This document shows, in pieces, positions 24,627-34,670 of a DNA stretch of 42,720 nt (position 1 is its first letter; every line of letters begins with the position of its first letter). A program made the position numbers and the translations under genes. Where the stretch lies: the IMG/VR virus record IMGVR_UViG_3300048606_000011, positions 1-42,720 of that record, one strand, 5' to 3'. Origin of the DNA: a virus (lineage: Duplodnaviria; Caudoviricetes). The notes beneath the pieces are model-generated. The model was not told where the DNA came from, ran no database searches, and saw only the letters and a program-made list of their open reading frames with translations.

Positions 24627-26054
24627 CTAAGGAACGATTACGACGGAGTTCGAGACCTTGTCAATGAGGTTCGACCAGGACGGGTTCGCGGCGATAACCG
24701 CAGTCCACGAAGCGTAGTTCGCGATCACGTCGGACCACACGTACGTAGCCCCGGCCACGGTCGAGCCCGGGGCCGCAACTTCGATTACAGGGATCGTGAA
24801 CGTGATCGCGGTACTGGTCTTCGCAAGCTGAGTCCGGGTTACGTCCCCGGCCACGAAATACACCGTGGGGATATCATCGGCTGTAGTCCTCGGCTGGAGG
24901 AACATGGGCTCGCCCGTGGACAGGCGGTTGTCCATGTCCAAAGCCTCGGCATTGCCGTTGACGATGAGTTCCAACGTGAATTCACGTGAGGACTGAACGT
25001 CGGTGATAGCCACGGGCAAGGTCCGGCCGAGGACATCGAATCGTCCAGTCCGGGACTTGCGTGAGATCTCGGAGATTTCCGTGATCGTGACCTTGGAGTT
25101 CAAGCCGGGACGGCTCGGGTTCTTGAGCCAAGCCTGATCATCCCGAAGGGATGTCAGGAGCGAGGGTGTGACCGAGGTAGTTTCCTGATTCGTGAATGCC
25201 CGGATAGGCATGTCCCAGATCAGGCCCCGAGAGATGGCCGCAGCCCCGCCCGTGATCCCGAACGAAGTCGAGCCCATCGAAATGGGCCCTGTCGTGATCA
25301 GCCTGTAGTCAAAGATGATGGCCGCGTCATCGCCCGTAGTCGAGATCCGTTCCCCGCCATGAGCGAAGTTCGGCAGGGCTACGACCGTGCTTGCGGTCCA
25401 GTCATCTTGTTTCCAGCCCACGGCCATGGACACAGACTTGGACCCGACTGTGGTCAACGCCGGAACGGCGATGTTCTGGGCCGAACCGTTCAACTGGGAG
25501 TTCGTGACCGAGGCCGTCAACGAGACATTGGAGAAAGGCCAGATACCTGCGATCGTGTCCGCGTTCGCTACCCCGCCCGTGAACGCGCACGTGGGCGCGG
25601 TATCGCCCGGGACGAAGACCCGGCCGTAGACCCCGACGTTGCCGGAGACCACGATCGGGGTCCAGCCCGCAGGCGTGACCGGGACCCCCGCTCCCGAGTT
25701 ACGAATGGTCGAGACCAGGATCATCAGGTTCCCGGCCGAGAGCCCGCCCGGGATGGCGGGCGCGACCGAGGCGTTGACCCCGATCGCGTTCGTCCATCCG
25801 GGCAGGGCCGCCGGTAAGGCCGAGTCGATAGCCGAGACCCGATACATGTTCGAGATCCCGGCCTGGAACTCGTAATCGTCCAGGGCCCCGGCCCCGGCCG
25901 TGAGGGGAGCTAGGCCCCCACCACGGACCGGGACGTAGGTAATGCCGCCGTCTACGGATCGTTCCACGGTTGCGTAATCCGCGTCCGCGTTATAGCCCGA
26001 GAAGACGACACGGACCCGGCCGATGTCATCGGCGTATGTCGCGCTTAGCGTCAC
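24627..26054 (-). CDS. minor tail protein (distal-tail-like with inserted domain)
   Basis: First gene after tape measure; DYE motif; VLGRTLPV; central beta-rich insert. Confidence 0.7.
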   Translation of the reverse strand: MTLSATYADDIGRVRVVFSGYNADADYATVERSVDGGITYVPVRGGGLAPLTAGAGALDDYEFQAGISNMYRVSAIDSALPAALPGWTNAIGVNASVAPAIPGGLSAGNLMILVSTIRNSGAGVPVTPAGWTPIVVSGNVGVYGRVFVPGDTAPTCAFTGGVANADTIAGIWPFSNVSLTASVTNSQLNGSAQNIAVPALTTVGSKSVSMAVGWKQDDWTASTVVALPNFAHGGERISTTGDDAAIIFDYRLITTGPISMGSTSFGITGGAAAISRGLIWDMPIRAFTNQETTSVTPSLLTSLRDDQAWLKNPSRPGLNSKVTITEISEISRKSRTGRFDVLGRTLPVAITDVQSSREFTLELIVNGNAEALDMDNRLSTGEPMFLQPRTTADDIPTVYFVAGDVTRTQLAKTSTAITFTIPVIEVAAPGSTVAGATYVWSDVIANYASWTAVIAANPSWSNLIDKVSNSVVIVP

Positions 26055-29047
26055 TGGGTCGCGCCTCCTGTCCCGGCTAGAACTCGCCGCTTGACTCCAC
26101 GATTACCTTCATCGATCTGAACTTCAATGAATCCCTTGAGCATTTCTTCACGCGTGGCCACGTTCACGATGATCGGGGCCTGAGCAATCGATGCCGAGGA
26201 TTCGATCGAGGAGTTAAGGTTCGCTTTCATCTGAGCGTCCAAACCCATGACCGGATTCCCGAAGGTATCCGAGAGCTGATTCGCCATCCCGTCCACGAGA
26301 CTGAGGACCGGCTTAAACCCGTCCTCAAGCCCTGCCTTAAGGCCTGCCATGATGCCCAGGCCTGCTGGGATCAGGAGCTTCTTATCGTACGGGAGCGGGC
26401 CCTTGAGCTGGCGAATCTTGTCCGCGATGCCAGAGACGAAGTCGAACACGCCTTGAGCTGCGGCCTTGATTCCCCGGCCGAGGCCTTCGATGATGGCCTT
26501 ACCGGCCCCAAGGAGAAGGTTGCCCAGGTTCCCGAGCCCGTCCATGATCCGGCCCGGAATCGACTTGACAAAGTCGACCACGGCCCCGGCCCCGTCCCGA
26601 ACCGCTTGTACGGCTCGATTCCAGGCATCCCGGAAGAAGCCCCCGATCGAGGACAGGAGCGAGTTGATCGCGGACATAATGCGTTCAGGCAAGCCCTTGG
26701 CCCAGTTGATCAATTCCACGATCTTCTGAGCCGTGATTTGAATGGACTTGTCCCACAGGTCATGAAAGAAGGTCCCGATCGTGTCGAGCAAGGACACGAT
26801 CGCGTCGTAGATCTTGCCCGGAAGTTCCTTGAAGAACGTGACCACGTTCCCGATCCAGATTGGGAGGTTGGTCTTAAGGAAGTCGAAGGCTGCGACGAAC
26901 GCTTGGCCGATCAATTCCCCGAGCTTGAACAGCAACTCGAAGATCTGGAACGGCAAGGCGATGAACTCGGCAATGATCCATTCCAGGCCCTGAACCACGG
27001 CGGTCAGGCCAGCCTTAAGCGCAGTCAGAAGTGCATTCCCGATGATACCCGGGAGCGAGGCCAGGAAGGACCCGATCTTACCCGGCAGGCCCTTGAAGAA
27101 TTCCAAGATAGCCGACCCGGCTTCTGCGATCTTGCTTCCGATCTTGGAAAAGAACTCGCCGATCGTAGAGAAGAAGGCCCCGATCTTATCGCCGATCGAG
27201 CTCGCATTCTTGCCCAGGTTCTTGAACCAGTCAATCACGGCCACGATAGCGTCGATCACTGCCGTGATCGCCTTGACCACAAGCGTGATCAAGACCCCGG
27301 CAAACTTCACGATCGGGACCACGATAGCCACGATCAGGGAAATCAGCGGGGGCAGGATCGTGGCAATCAGCCCGGCCAGAAGCCCGATGATCGGAGCCAG
27401 GGCCACGATCAGTTCTCCGAACGCCTTGATCACGTCCGAGATAACCGGGGCCAGTTGCTTGATCAGATCCACGATTACGGGCAGGATCGCATCGATCAGG
27501 GTCTTGGCAGGACCAGCCAGCGCTTGCATGACCGTGACCAGGCCGTCGCCGATGATTCCGGCCAGTTGTGTGATCACGGGGATAAGCGCGTCGAAGAGCT
27601 GGCCCAGGACCGGGAGGATGGCCTCGATGATCGGGGTGATGCCCTTGACGAAGGCGTCGAACACCTTGTTCAGGATGGGCATGATCGCCGTGGCCAAACG
27701 CTGGATCACGGACCCGATCATTTGCAGGATCGGTGTGAGCTGGCCAGAGGCCGCCAAGGCTCCAAGCAATCCCGCGACCAAGAGGATGATCGGGTTCGCC
27801 CGGATCAGCGTAAACAGCGGGCCGATGATCGAGCCCAGGATAGAGAACAAGGGCCCGAGCTTGCCCACGACCAGAGCCACAGCCCCGAACGCGACCAGGA
27901 GTGGCCCGAAGGTGTCGGCGTGGTCTGCGACGAAGTTAAAGAACCGGGTCAGGGTTGGGAGCGCGGCTGTGATTGCGGGCCCGATGGTGCCTGCGATGCT
28001 CTGTCCGAGGGCGGAGAAGGCCCGTCCCAGGGCTTCAAGCGCAGCCCGGCCCGCACCATCAGACAAGGCCCTGTTGATGGCCGTGAGGACAGGCAGGAGA
28101 CCGGAACCGAGGTTACCCGCGCCAGCGGACAAGCCGGAGAACAGGGCCGCGAAGATGCCCACGACCTGAGTCACGATCTGGCCCAGTGTGCGGAACGCGT
28201 CCAGGGCCCCCTGGATCCAGCCCTGGATCTTGACGATGCCCTCGGCCGAACCCGTGAACTCGGCTACACGCTGAGCAGCGGAGGCGAAGCCGGAGGTAAG
28301 CGAGATCAAGAATGGGCCCGCGATATTCGCCACGTTGATAAACGCTTGCCCGATCGGGGCCAGGGCCGCGCCGATGTTCTGGATCACACGCGCAGACGTG
28401 ACCAAGATCTGATTCAGCTTGGACACGTTTTCCGTGGACTTCAACATGATCGTGAATCGAGTCGCGACCCCGCCCACAGCCGTGGCCACACCCTGCAAGC
28501 CCTTGGTCAAGGCAGGCAGAATGGTCTTCAGGTTGTTCATGGCTGGCAACAGGGACTGTTCGAGCGACTTGCTGACCGCAGCCTTGAGCCGGTCAATCGT
28601 GGGGGTCAGGGTCGCGAACGCACGCTTTGCGCCTTCGGCTCCAAGCTTCACGGCTGCGAACCCTGCCACGACCACGGCCAGGGCCCCCGGGATCAGGAGC
28701 GCGGCCCCAGCCGCCTGGACCAGCAAAGGACCAAGCGACTGGGCCACGGCCGTGATGGCGACGAAGGCCAAAGAGATAGCGGCGATCTTGGCGGAACCCG
28801 CGCCCAACTGGGCCAGGCCCTCGGCTACAGACTTGAGCGAGTTCTTGTCCAGCTCGACCTTTTTCTTGATAGTCTCGCCGGACTCCTTACGAACAAACTC
28901 TTCGATCTGAGCCTTGGCCTTGGTGATGTTGGCCACGACGTTGACCTCGACTTCGGCCTTGATCGCCTTCAGGCCTGCGGTCAGTTCCTTCCGAAAGGAA
29001 GTCAGGTCGGGCTTGATCCTGACCGAAGCAACCCCAATGATCGCCAC
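26051..29047 (-). CDS. tape measure protein
   Basis: 998 aa, Ala/Leu/Ile/Gly-rich helical repeats, W/F periodic region, KGPLPYDKKLL..AG..IM.GL C-terminus. Confidence 0.92.
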   Translation of the reverse strand: MAIIGVASVRIKPDLTSFRKELTAGLKAIKAEVEVNVVANITKAKAQIEEFVRKESGETIKKKVELDKNSLKSVAEGLAQLGAGSAKIAAISLAFVAITAVAQSLGPLLVQAAGAALLIPGALAVVVAGFAAVKLGAEGAKRAFATLTPTIDRLKAAVSKSLEQSLLPAMNNLKTILPALTKGLQGVATAVGGVATRFTIMLKSTENVSKLNQILVTSARVIQNIGAALAPIGQAFINVANIAGPFLISLTSGFASAAQRVAEFTGSAEGIVKIQGWIQGALDAFRTLGQIVTQVVGIFAALFSGLSAGAGNLGSGLLPVLTAINRALSDGAGRAALEALGRAFSALGQSIAGTIGPAITAALPTLTRFFNFVADHADTFGPLLVAFGAVALVVGKLGPLFSILGSIIGPLFTLIRANPIILLVAGLLGALAASGQLTPILQMIGSVIQRLATAIMPILNKVFDAFVKGITPIIEAILPVLGQLFDALIPVITQLAGIIGDGLVTVMQALAGPAKTLIDAILPVIVDLIKQLAPVISDVIKAFGELIVALAPIIGLLAGLIATILPPLISLIVAIVVPIVKFAGVLITLVVKAITAVIDAIVAVIDWFKNLGKNASSIGDKIGAFFSTIGEFFSKIGSKIAEAGSAILEFFKGLPGKIGSFLASLPGIIGNALLTALKAGLTAVVQGLEWIIAEFIALPFQIFELLFKLGELIGQAFVAAFDFLKTNLPIWIGNVVTFFKELPGKIYDAIVSLLDTIGTFFHDLWDKSIQITAQKIVELINWAKGLPERIMSAINSLLSSIGGFFRDAWNRAVQAVRDGAGAVVDFVKSIPGRIMDGLGNLGNLLLGAGKAIIEGLGRGIKAAAQGVFDFVSGIADKIRQLKGPLPYDKKLLIPAGLGIMAGLKAGLEDGFKPVLSLVDGMANQLSDTFGNPVMGLDAQMKANLNSSIESSASIAQAPIIVNVATREEMLKGFIEVQIDEGNRGVKRRVLAGTGGATQ

Positions 29048-29057
29048 TGCCTACTCC

Positions 29058-29480
29058 TTACTGTTGAGCTAGAAGTGCCCGTGCTATACCGGTTGCGCTA
29101 CTGCCCCCGGAATTGCTGGGCTTCGAGCCCCGTGGACCAGGAATAGGTTTAGGTTGCTGAACTCGCTTAGAGGAGTTGACCTGTTGCAAGACGTAAGTCT
29201 GGTGAGAAGTCGTATTGACTAGACCCAGGAGTAAATCCTCGATCGCGCTCCACCCGAACAAGAGGCGAGCCTTGTCCACATCACCCTTGGTCTCCATACA
29301 CGCGTGTAAGGCCGAACCCTTGGGCATCCACTGGACAAGGTCCAAGACCTCGATCGCGGATCTTTCCGTGACCACGTCTTCAAGCCGGAGGCCGTACTCT
29401 CGTTGAAAGTCCGCCGTAAGCGGGCTCTCGAACTCTTCCAGGAGTTCGAGCAGGGTCCTAGCTTTTGGTGGCGTCCTCAC
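29058..29480 (-). CDS. tail assembly chaperone, frameshift extension
   Basis: LTADFQREYGLRL...W...EDLL; overlaps the end of the upstream chaperone in the +1 frame. Confidence 0.75.
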   Translation of the reverse strand: MRTPPKARTLLELLEEFESPLTADFQREYGLRLEDVVTERSAIEVLDLVQWMPKGSALHACMETKGDVDKARLLFGWSAIEDLLLGLVNTTSHQTYVLQQVNSSKRVQQPKPIPGPRGSKPSNSGGSSATGIARALLAQQ

Positions 29481-29796
29481 TCAGGGAACCGGCGTACTCC
29501 TCGAACACGAGCACGATCACGGCCAGGGCCTCAGCTTCGAGCTTTTCCGCTACGCGGGCCTTGTCCGAAGACACACCTGCGATGAGGGAGATAAGCTCTG
29601 CCCGAGTAGCTTCCAAGTCATCGTTCTCGTCATCGTCCTTCAGTCGCTTCTGCGAAGCGCTGAACAGCTGAAGCTCTTCCTTGTCCAGGAACATGATGTT
29701 CTTGAGCACGGCCGGGCTCTGGCCATCTTCGAGGTCCAGGTCATAAGACGGGTACTTGTCAGCGGCCTTGGTACGAAGAGCGGAAAGGGCGGACAT
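29458..29796 (-). CDS. tail assembly chaperone
   Basis: Between major tail and tape measure; AGGAG RBS. Confidence 0.8.
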   Translation of the reverse strand: MSALSALRTKAADKYPSYDLDLEDGQSPAVLKNIMFLDKEELQLFSASQKRLKDDDENDDLEATRAELISLIAGVSSDKARVAEKLEAEALAVIVLVFEEYAGSLSEDATKS

Positions 29797-29911
29797 GTGG
29801 TCTCCTAAAGTTGAACGTGGGCACCGCTGATTAAAGGTTCAGGGGTCAACCTTGAGTAGGGGTGGGGCCCACGACTCCCCGTGCCGGACGCAGAATCCGA
29901 TTGCCCGATGA

Positions 29912-30508
29912 TTAGCTCAGCGCGAGCAGGGTGGGCGAAAGCCACCGGTACCGCAGGGCCGCACCCGCTGCGGTCGTGACCGTGTTCGAGTCCAGGAACC
30001 CAGCGTGGAGCGGGAGCCGGATAGCGTCCTCGATCGAGGCCGTGTCAATGTTGTCCCGGCCCGACCATGCGACCCGAGGCGCGTACAGAGCCACGCGCTT
30101 GGTTCCGTCTTCCCAGACCACGAGCACGGCCGTTTCCGTGGTCAGGCCGTCAGTGCCGGTACCAACTTCGAAGATGCCCGCGACAAGGCCGCCGGTTGTG
30201 CCCGTGTACAGGGACAGGGGCCCACGCGTGAACTGGGTAACGTCCACATCGAAGCCCGTGTCTACAGGCTCGACCACGGAACGGATAGCCCGCTTCGTGA
30301 TAGAGCCCTTGGTCGTGACATCGCCACCATCACGGGTGAAGACCACGTTACCGTCTGCGGTCTCGTCCGCGATGTGGCCGAGGATGGTCCAGTTACCGGC
30401 CGGGGTGTCCAGACCAGCCAGGGTGTTGACCGGGGCTGGCTCGTCTACCGGGGCAGTATAGCAGACGGTTCGATTTAAAAGAAAATACCCAGCGTCATTA
30501 AGAGCCAC
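29912..30508 (-). CDS. major tail (tube) protein
   Basis: MALNDAG...WTILGH...GGD pattern of actinophage tail tubes; AAGGA RBS; ends in Ser. Confidence 0.85.
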   Translation of the reverse strand: MALNDAGYFLLNRTVCYTAPVDEPAPVNTLAGLDTPAGNWTILGHIADETADGNVVFTRDGGDVTTKGSITKRAIRSVVEPVDTGFDVDVTQFTRGPLSLYTGTTGGLVAGIFEVGTGTDGLTTETAVLVVWEDGTKRVALYAPRVAWSGRDNIDTASIEDAIRLPLHAGFLDSNTVTTAAGAALRYRWLSPTLLALS

Positions 30509-30994
30509 TGTGAGTCACATCCTTAGCTAGTGCGCCCGGCCTATACCGGAGCAAGATTTCCTCTGCCCAATCGCAGAGATCTTCGGGTCTTTGCCCGAAT
30601 GGCTGGGACACTACCCACAACTCCAGGTTCTCGGGTCGATTATCATCCCGGACACCATTCTTGTGATGAACATTTTCTCCTGGCCTCAGTTCTCGACCCA
30701 GGGTCTCTGCCATCACGATTCGGTGTTCTTTCTGAATTTTCCCGTCTACCGAAACTTCTCGGTACCCTCGGAAATCTGTCCACCCAGTACCTACCCTAAC
30801 CGGGTGATCTTCTCGATTGGTGTCGACACTGCGGTAATGAGCTCGGCAGAGGCCCCGTGCGTAAACCGAGGACCCACATTTAGAACAAGGCTTACTCGGA
30901 TAGATACCCGCTTCGCGGGCTTTCCGGTAATGTACTTGACAAAGTCCCGGGCTGCCCTGACTTTACCGCATTCGTAAATTACGCAGAGTTTCAT
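30498..30994 (-). pseudogene. HNH homing endonuclease interrupted by a 1-nt frameshift at ~30945-30947
   Basis: Restoring one G gives [23 protein letters not shown]...ARGLCRAHY...GYR...[14 protein letters not shown]...[19 protein letters not shown]. Confidence 0.8.
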
Positions 30995-31395
30995 AGCCAG
31001 TGGTCCGATGTGGCTAAAATCAGATCAAGCTGTAGTACGGTGCGACCTGTGCCACTAGGCAGACCATTGATATCCACCCGTGCTGGGCGAAGCGTGGTTA
31101 TGACCCGGTGAATTCCCCCAGTCGAGTACTTGACCCCCTGCTTAGACTGCAAATCACGCAGGATATCATAAGCGATTCGACGCGAAGCGGAGAACCCGTT
31201 CACAGAGTAGACCACGATCTTGATTCCGGGCCGGTCCGAGTACGCGATATGAGGGATAGACCCAGTGACCTCTTCGATGAAGACGTAACCCGGAGCCGAA
31301 AGAGCCCGGGATTCGAACTGATCCTTGTTCGCGTCGTAGCCGAGGTCCGTGAGGATTTCGTGGACCAGATCTACCGGGTCCTGGAGATCGCCCAT
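30991..31395 (-). CDS. tail terminator
   Basis: Size and position upstream of major tail. Confidence 0.65.
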   Translation of the reverse strand: MGDLQDPVDLVHEILTDLGYDANKDQFESRALSAPGYVFIEEVTGSIPHIAYSDRPGIKIVVYSVNGFSASRRIAYDILRDLQSKQGVKYSTGGIHRVITTLRPARVDINGLPSGTGRTVLQLDLILATSDHWL

Positions 31396-31682
31396 TACCC
31401 ACCCCCGAGCGCGTCACGAAGAACGTGCAAGCCGTCTACGTATCGATCCCCGACGAAGTGGCCTTCTTCCACGGACATAGCCGCAGGCCCTTCGAGGTTC
31501 ACGAAATGGTCTACCTGGCCCTTGGTCTGCGTGATCCGGTGTTCGCCGGTCTTCCGGTGCCGATCGAGCAAAGCCCGAGCCCGAATCATAACCGGGTACG
31601 CGTGATCGCCCAAGATCCCTTCGACTTCATCGGAGTGGGCGATGGTCCGTTCCATGGTCTTGTTAAGCCGGATGTCTTCCAC
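31395..31682 (-). CDS. neck/tail-completion protein (DUF5403-like)
   Basis: GTG 31682; AAMSVEEGH...GLHVLRDA. Confidence 0.65.
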   Translation of the reverse strand: MEDIRLNKTMERTIAHSDEVEGILGDHAYPVMIRARALLDRHRKTGEHRITQTKGQVDHFVNLEGPAAMSVEEGHFVGDRYVDGLHVLRDALGGG

Positions 31683-31684
31683 GC

Positions 31685-32122
31685 TTACCAGAGCCCCTCT
31701 TCGTCGAAGCAATCGTCCGAGGACGAGAACCACGGCCCGTACCAGCCCTCTTCCGAGGCAGGCTTGAGGATCGACTCGGGCACGATCTTGACAGAGCCCG
31801 TCAGGGGCAGGCCCAAGGTCCGACGCTCGGATCGGCGGAGGTACACCGCGCCTTGGGTGTTCGGGGCCGAACTGAATCCCGCACCTTCCTCGGCCGGGAC
31901 CACGGTCGTGAGCCCATCCGGGAGCCGGGCCGCACGCAAGACTGCGGCGCAAGACACGGACTTCACAGCCGGGATCCAATCCGCGTCGGTGAGCCGGTCC
32001 GGGGAGTAGCGCTGGATCTCGACTTCGAGGTCTTCGAGCATGGCCGTAACCCGGATCCGCTCAAGCGGGGTCAAGGGACGGCCGAGTCGAGCCTGTACAT
32101 CGTCCGCGTCTGCGACCGTCAC
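31685..32122 (-). CDS. head-to-tail adaptor
   Basis: ADADDVQARLGRPLT...VLRAARLPDG...YLRRSERRTLG. Confidence 0.8.
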   Translation of the reverse strand: MTVADADDVQARLGRPLTPLERIRVTAMLEDLEVEIQRYSPDRLTDADWIPAVKSVSCAAVLRAARLPDGLTTVVPAEEGAGFSSAPNTQGAVYLRRSERRTLGLPLTGSVKIVPESILKPASEEGWYGPWFSSSDDCFDEEGLW

Positions 32123-33213
32123 TGTTCCCTCACCAACTTCCGGATCTCGTTCACAAACTGGGATAGTTCTTGCTCGGTCTGAGTCACGAGCTGAGCGGCC
32201 CGGAGGGCCGCCTTGGCCGAATGCTCTTCGTACGCGCCTCGGTCCGTCAGAAGCAGGCTCAGGACCCGCTCATAGCCTTCGGTATCTTCCCGGTCCACGA
32301 AGATCCCGGCAAAGCCCAGACACTCGACAAGCCCCGGAGTCGGGTGCGCGATCACGGGGATACCGGACACGCAAGCTTCTGCGGCGACCATGCCGAACGA
32401 CTCATAGCCCGAAGGCATGAGCACGACCTTGGTCCGGGCCCAGACTTCACGCATGTCCTGAGTCACGGGATGAATCTCGATATTGGCGTATCGGTCCAAG
32501 GTCAGGTCTTGGGGCCCATGAGTGCCGATCACGGCCAGGAACGGGGTCTCAGCCATTCTCGCCGCTACGCGCTCGAAGGTTCCGACCCCTTTATTCTCCT
32601 GGAGATTAACCATGGTCACGGACTCGCCCGTATCCGGCACGAAGTGACGGTCATATTCCAAGGGCGGGTGAACGACTAGGCCGATGCCACACAAAGCTTC
32701 CTTGACCCATTCCGTGTTGTACACGTTCAGGTCTGCGTCCAGGTCGTTGATATCCTGGATCTCGTACCGGTCATTGTGGTAGACCGCGACCACGGCACAG
32801 CCCGGGTGTTGTTCCGCGAACGAACGCGATACCCGAGAACCGGGGCCATGATGGGTAATGATCACGTCCGGGACGAAGTCCGTGACGAAGCCCCGGGTCA
32901 CCTTAGTGCCTTCGTACCAATACGGGCTCGCGGTACCAACCACGTCTCCGGCCCCGAAGGACAGGACCTCGACTTCGAATTCGTCTCGGGGTAGTGCGTC
33001 TAGCATGTGCTGGACCATGCGCTCTGATCCAGCCGCAAGGGCCGGGAACCAGCCATGAACAATGGCCAGAACCCGGACCTTGCGATCTACGATCTTGGCT
33101 ACCGGGGCCCGAGGCACAGGGGCATTCAATGACGCACCCTGTGCCAGGAACCGGCGCACAAGCTCGGGAGAATCCCCGATCACGCTTCCGGAAGAAAACC
33201 GAATGTCAGTCAC
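32119..33213 (-). CDS. glycosyltransferase (GT-B fold, GT4-like)
   Basis: GTG 33213 after GAAGG; AGSERM, NKGV, VVLMPSGYESFGMVAAEA..SGIPVIA..TPGLVE. Confidence 0.88.
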   Translation of the reverse strand: MTDIRFSSGSVIGDSPELVRRFLAQGASLNAPVPRAPVAKIVDRKVRVLAIVHGWFPALAAGSERMVQHMLDALPRDEFEVEVLSFGAGDVVGTASPYWYEGTKVTRGFVTDFVPDVIITHHGPGSRVSRSFAEQHPGCAVVAVYHNDRYEIQDINDLDADLNVYNTEWVKEALCGIGLVVHPPLEYDRHFVPDTGESVTMVNLQENKGVGTFERVAARMAETPFLAVIGTHGPQDLTLDRYANIEIHPVTQDMREVWARTKVVLMPSGYESFGMVAAEACVSGIPVIAHPTPGLVECLGFAGIFVDREDTEGYERVLSLLLTDRGAYEEHSAKAALRAAQLVTQTEQELSQFVNEIRKLVREQ

Positions 33214-33236
33214 AGGATTACCTTCCGGGGTGGGAA

Positions 33237-34169
33237 TTAGCTCGCGACCGCAGTACCGGCCAGAACCTTGACGAACGCGGCCAGGTCGGCGACCTGGATA
33301 CCGAGCAGAGCCTCTGCGCGGAACAGGATCAGGTTCTCCTGGAGAGCGGAGTGCACGGTACCGTCGTTGTCCGTGTAGGTGCCCTCGGTCGAGACCTTGT
33401 AATCGATCCCGCCAACGGTGCCCCACACGAGACGACTCCAATCGCCCATGTAGCCGACAACGGCCGTGGCAAGCGAGTCATCGTCCGTGGTAAGCTGCTC
33501 GACGAACTGAGCCGGACGACCGATCAGGCGACCCTGACGAAGCGAACCGTTGGTGTCCGGGCCGACAGGAACGTCAACCCAGGTCGGACGGCCCGTGGTG
33601 TCAACCGACGCGTTCAGGGTCGGTTCCACAACCGCGTCCAGAACGGTACCGGTCAGGCGCTTGTGAGCCGCAACGAGCTGCTTGAGGCCGTTGTTGAAGT
33701 CGGTCCAGACACCGCCAGCAGAAGCCGCAGCGGTACCCAGGGTGATGGTCTTGGTCACGTCCGAGAGATTGGACTGACCACTGACACCCGCGCCCGTGGT
33801 AGCCAGGTCATCGAACGCACGCGCGTACGACTCCGGGATCCGCTGCTGGATCATGGCGATTGCGCCATCCGGGTCCGCGTCGTACAGACGCTTCGGGACC
33901 GGAACCACAACGGCCCACTCACGAACCGCGATCTCACCCTTGGTCGTGGTCGGGTTCGCGACGGGCTTCTTACCGCCCTCGGAACCGACGAAGCCACCGG
34001 TGATGTCGGACAGGTTCAGGTAGCGACCGCCCGCGTAGCCGAATCGGACCTGAGTACCGAGACGCTGTACGAAGGAATACTTCCGGGAATCCGAAAGGTC
34101 GATATTGGTGGTAGTCGGGTCAATGAAGAAATCACCGGTATTGATAAGTGCCGGGTCCGGAGTAGCCAC
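33237..34169 (-). CDS. major capsid protein (HK97-type)
   Basis: FVGSEGGKKP, GDWSRLVWG, QENLILFRAEA; AAGGAG RBS; ends in Ser. Confidence 0.9.
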   Translation of the reverse strand: MATPDPALINTGDFFIDPTTTNIDLSDSRKYSFVQRLGTQVRFGYAGGRYLNLSDITGGFVGSEGGKKPVANPTTTKGEIAVREWAVVVPVPKRLYDADPDGAIAMIQQRIPESYARAFDDLATTGAGVSGQSNLSDVTKTITLGTAAASAGGVWTDFNNGLKQLVAAHKRLTGTVLDAVVEPTLNASVDTTGRPTWVDVPVGPDTNGSLRQGRLIGRPAQFVEQLTTDDDSLATAVVGYMGDWSRLVWGTVGGIDYKVSTEGTYTDNDGTVHSALQENLILFRAEALLGIQVADLAAFVKVLAGTAVAS

Positions 34170-34223
34170 GGTGGGCTCCTTTTCTATTCAGGGGTAGAAA
34201 CGTGTTCGGGCTTCTAGCCCTGA

Positions 34224-34670
34224 TTAGAGACCCGCCCTCTTAAAGGCGGCAGTGATGGGGTCCACCGTGGGCGCGGCCGGGGGTGCCCCGCCAGCGGCGG
34301 GGTCTACCGGGATCGAAGGCTTGCCCGAGACCGTAGGCGCGATCTTGGCCGCGTCCGCAATCAGCTCTTCCAGAGTCGAACCCTTGAGCCGGTCTCCCCA
34401 CTCGTCCGGGTCGAGCTTGTGCTTGGCCGCAGCGGAGACCCGGTTGTACGAGTCCTGAAGCTTGGCGTTGTCCGCCAGAAACTTCTCATGCTCGCCCTGA
34501 AGCTTGGCGAAGCCGTCTAGCTTCGTATTCGCCTCTGCGATCAGGTTCCCGGCTTCCGTGTACTTGGTCGAGAGGTCGTTCTTCTCAGTCCGGAACCGGG
34601 CGTTCTCGGCGCGAAGATCCCGGATGTACTTCTGGGTCTCCGCGTCAAGGTGTTCAATGGAATCGGTCAT
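34224..34670 (-). CDS. scaffolding protein
   Basis: IRDLRAENARFR coiled coil; RLKGSTLEELIADA. Confidence 0.85.
   Translation of the reverse strand: MTDSIEHLDAETQKYIRDLRAENARFRTEKNDLSTKYTEAGNLIAEANTKLDGFAKLQGEHEKFLADNAKLQDSYNRVSAAAKHKLDPDEWGDRLKGSTLEELIADAAKIAPTVSGKPSIPVDPAAGGAPPAAPTVDPITAAFKRAGL

Noticed and set aside
26453-29146. 897-aa + strand ORF
   Set aside because: Antisense shadow of the tape measure gene. GC-rich codon bias removes stops, and the D/R/H/Q-rich product has no recognisable motifs.
33214-33441. Possible capsid-glycosyltransferase fusion by -1 frameshift (GT frame is open across the capsid 3' end)
   Set aside because: No slippery heptamer is visible, the GT has its own RBS and GTG at 33213, and open off-frames are common at this GC content.
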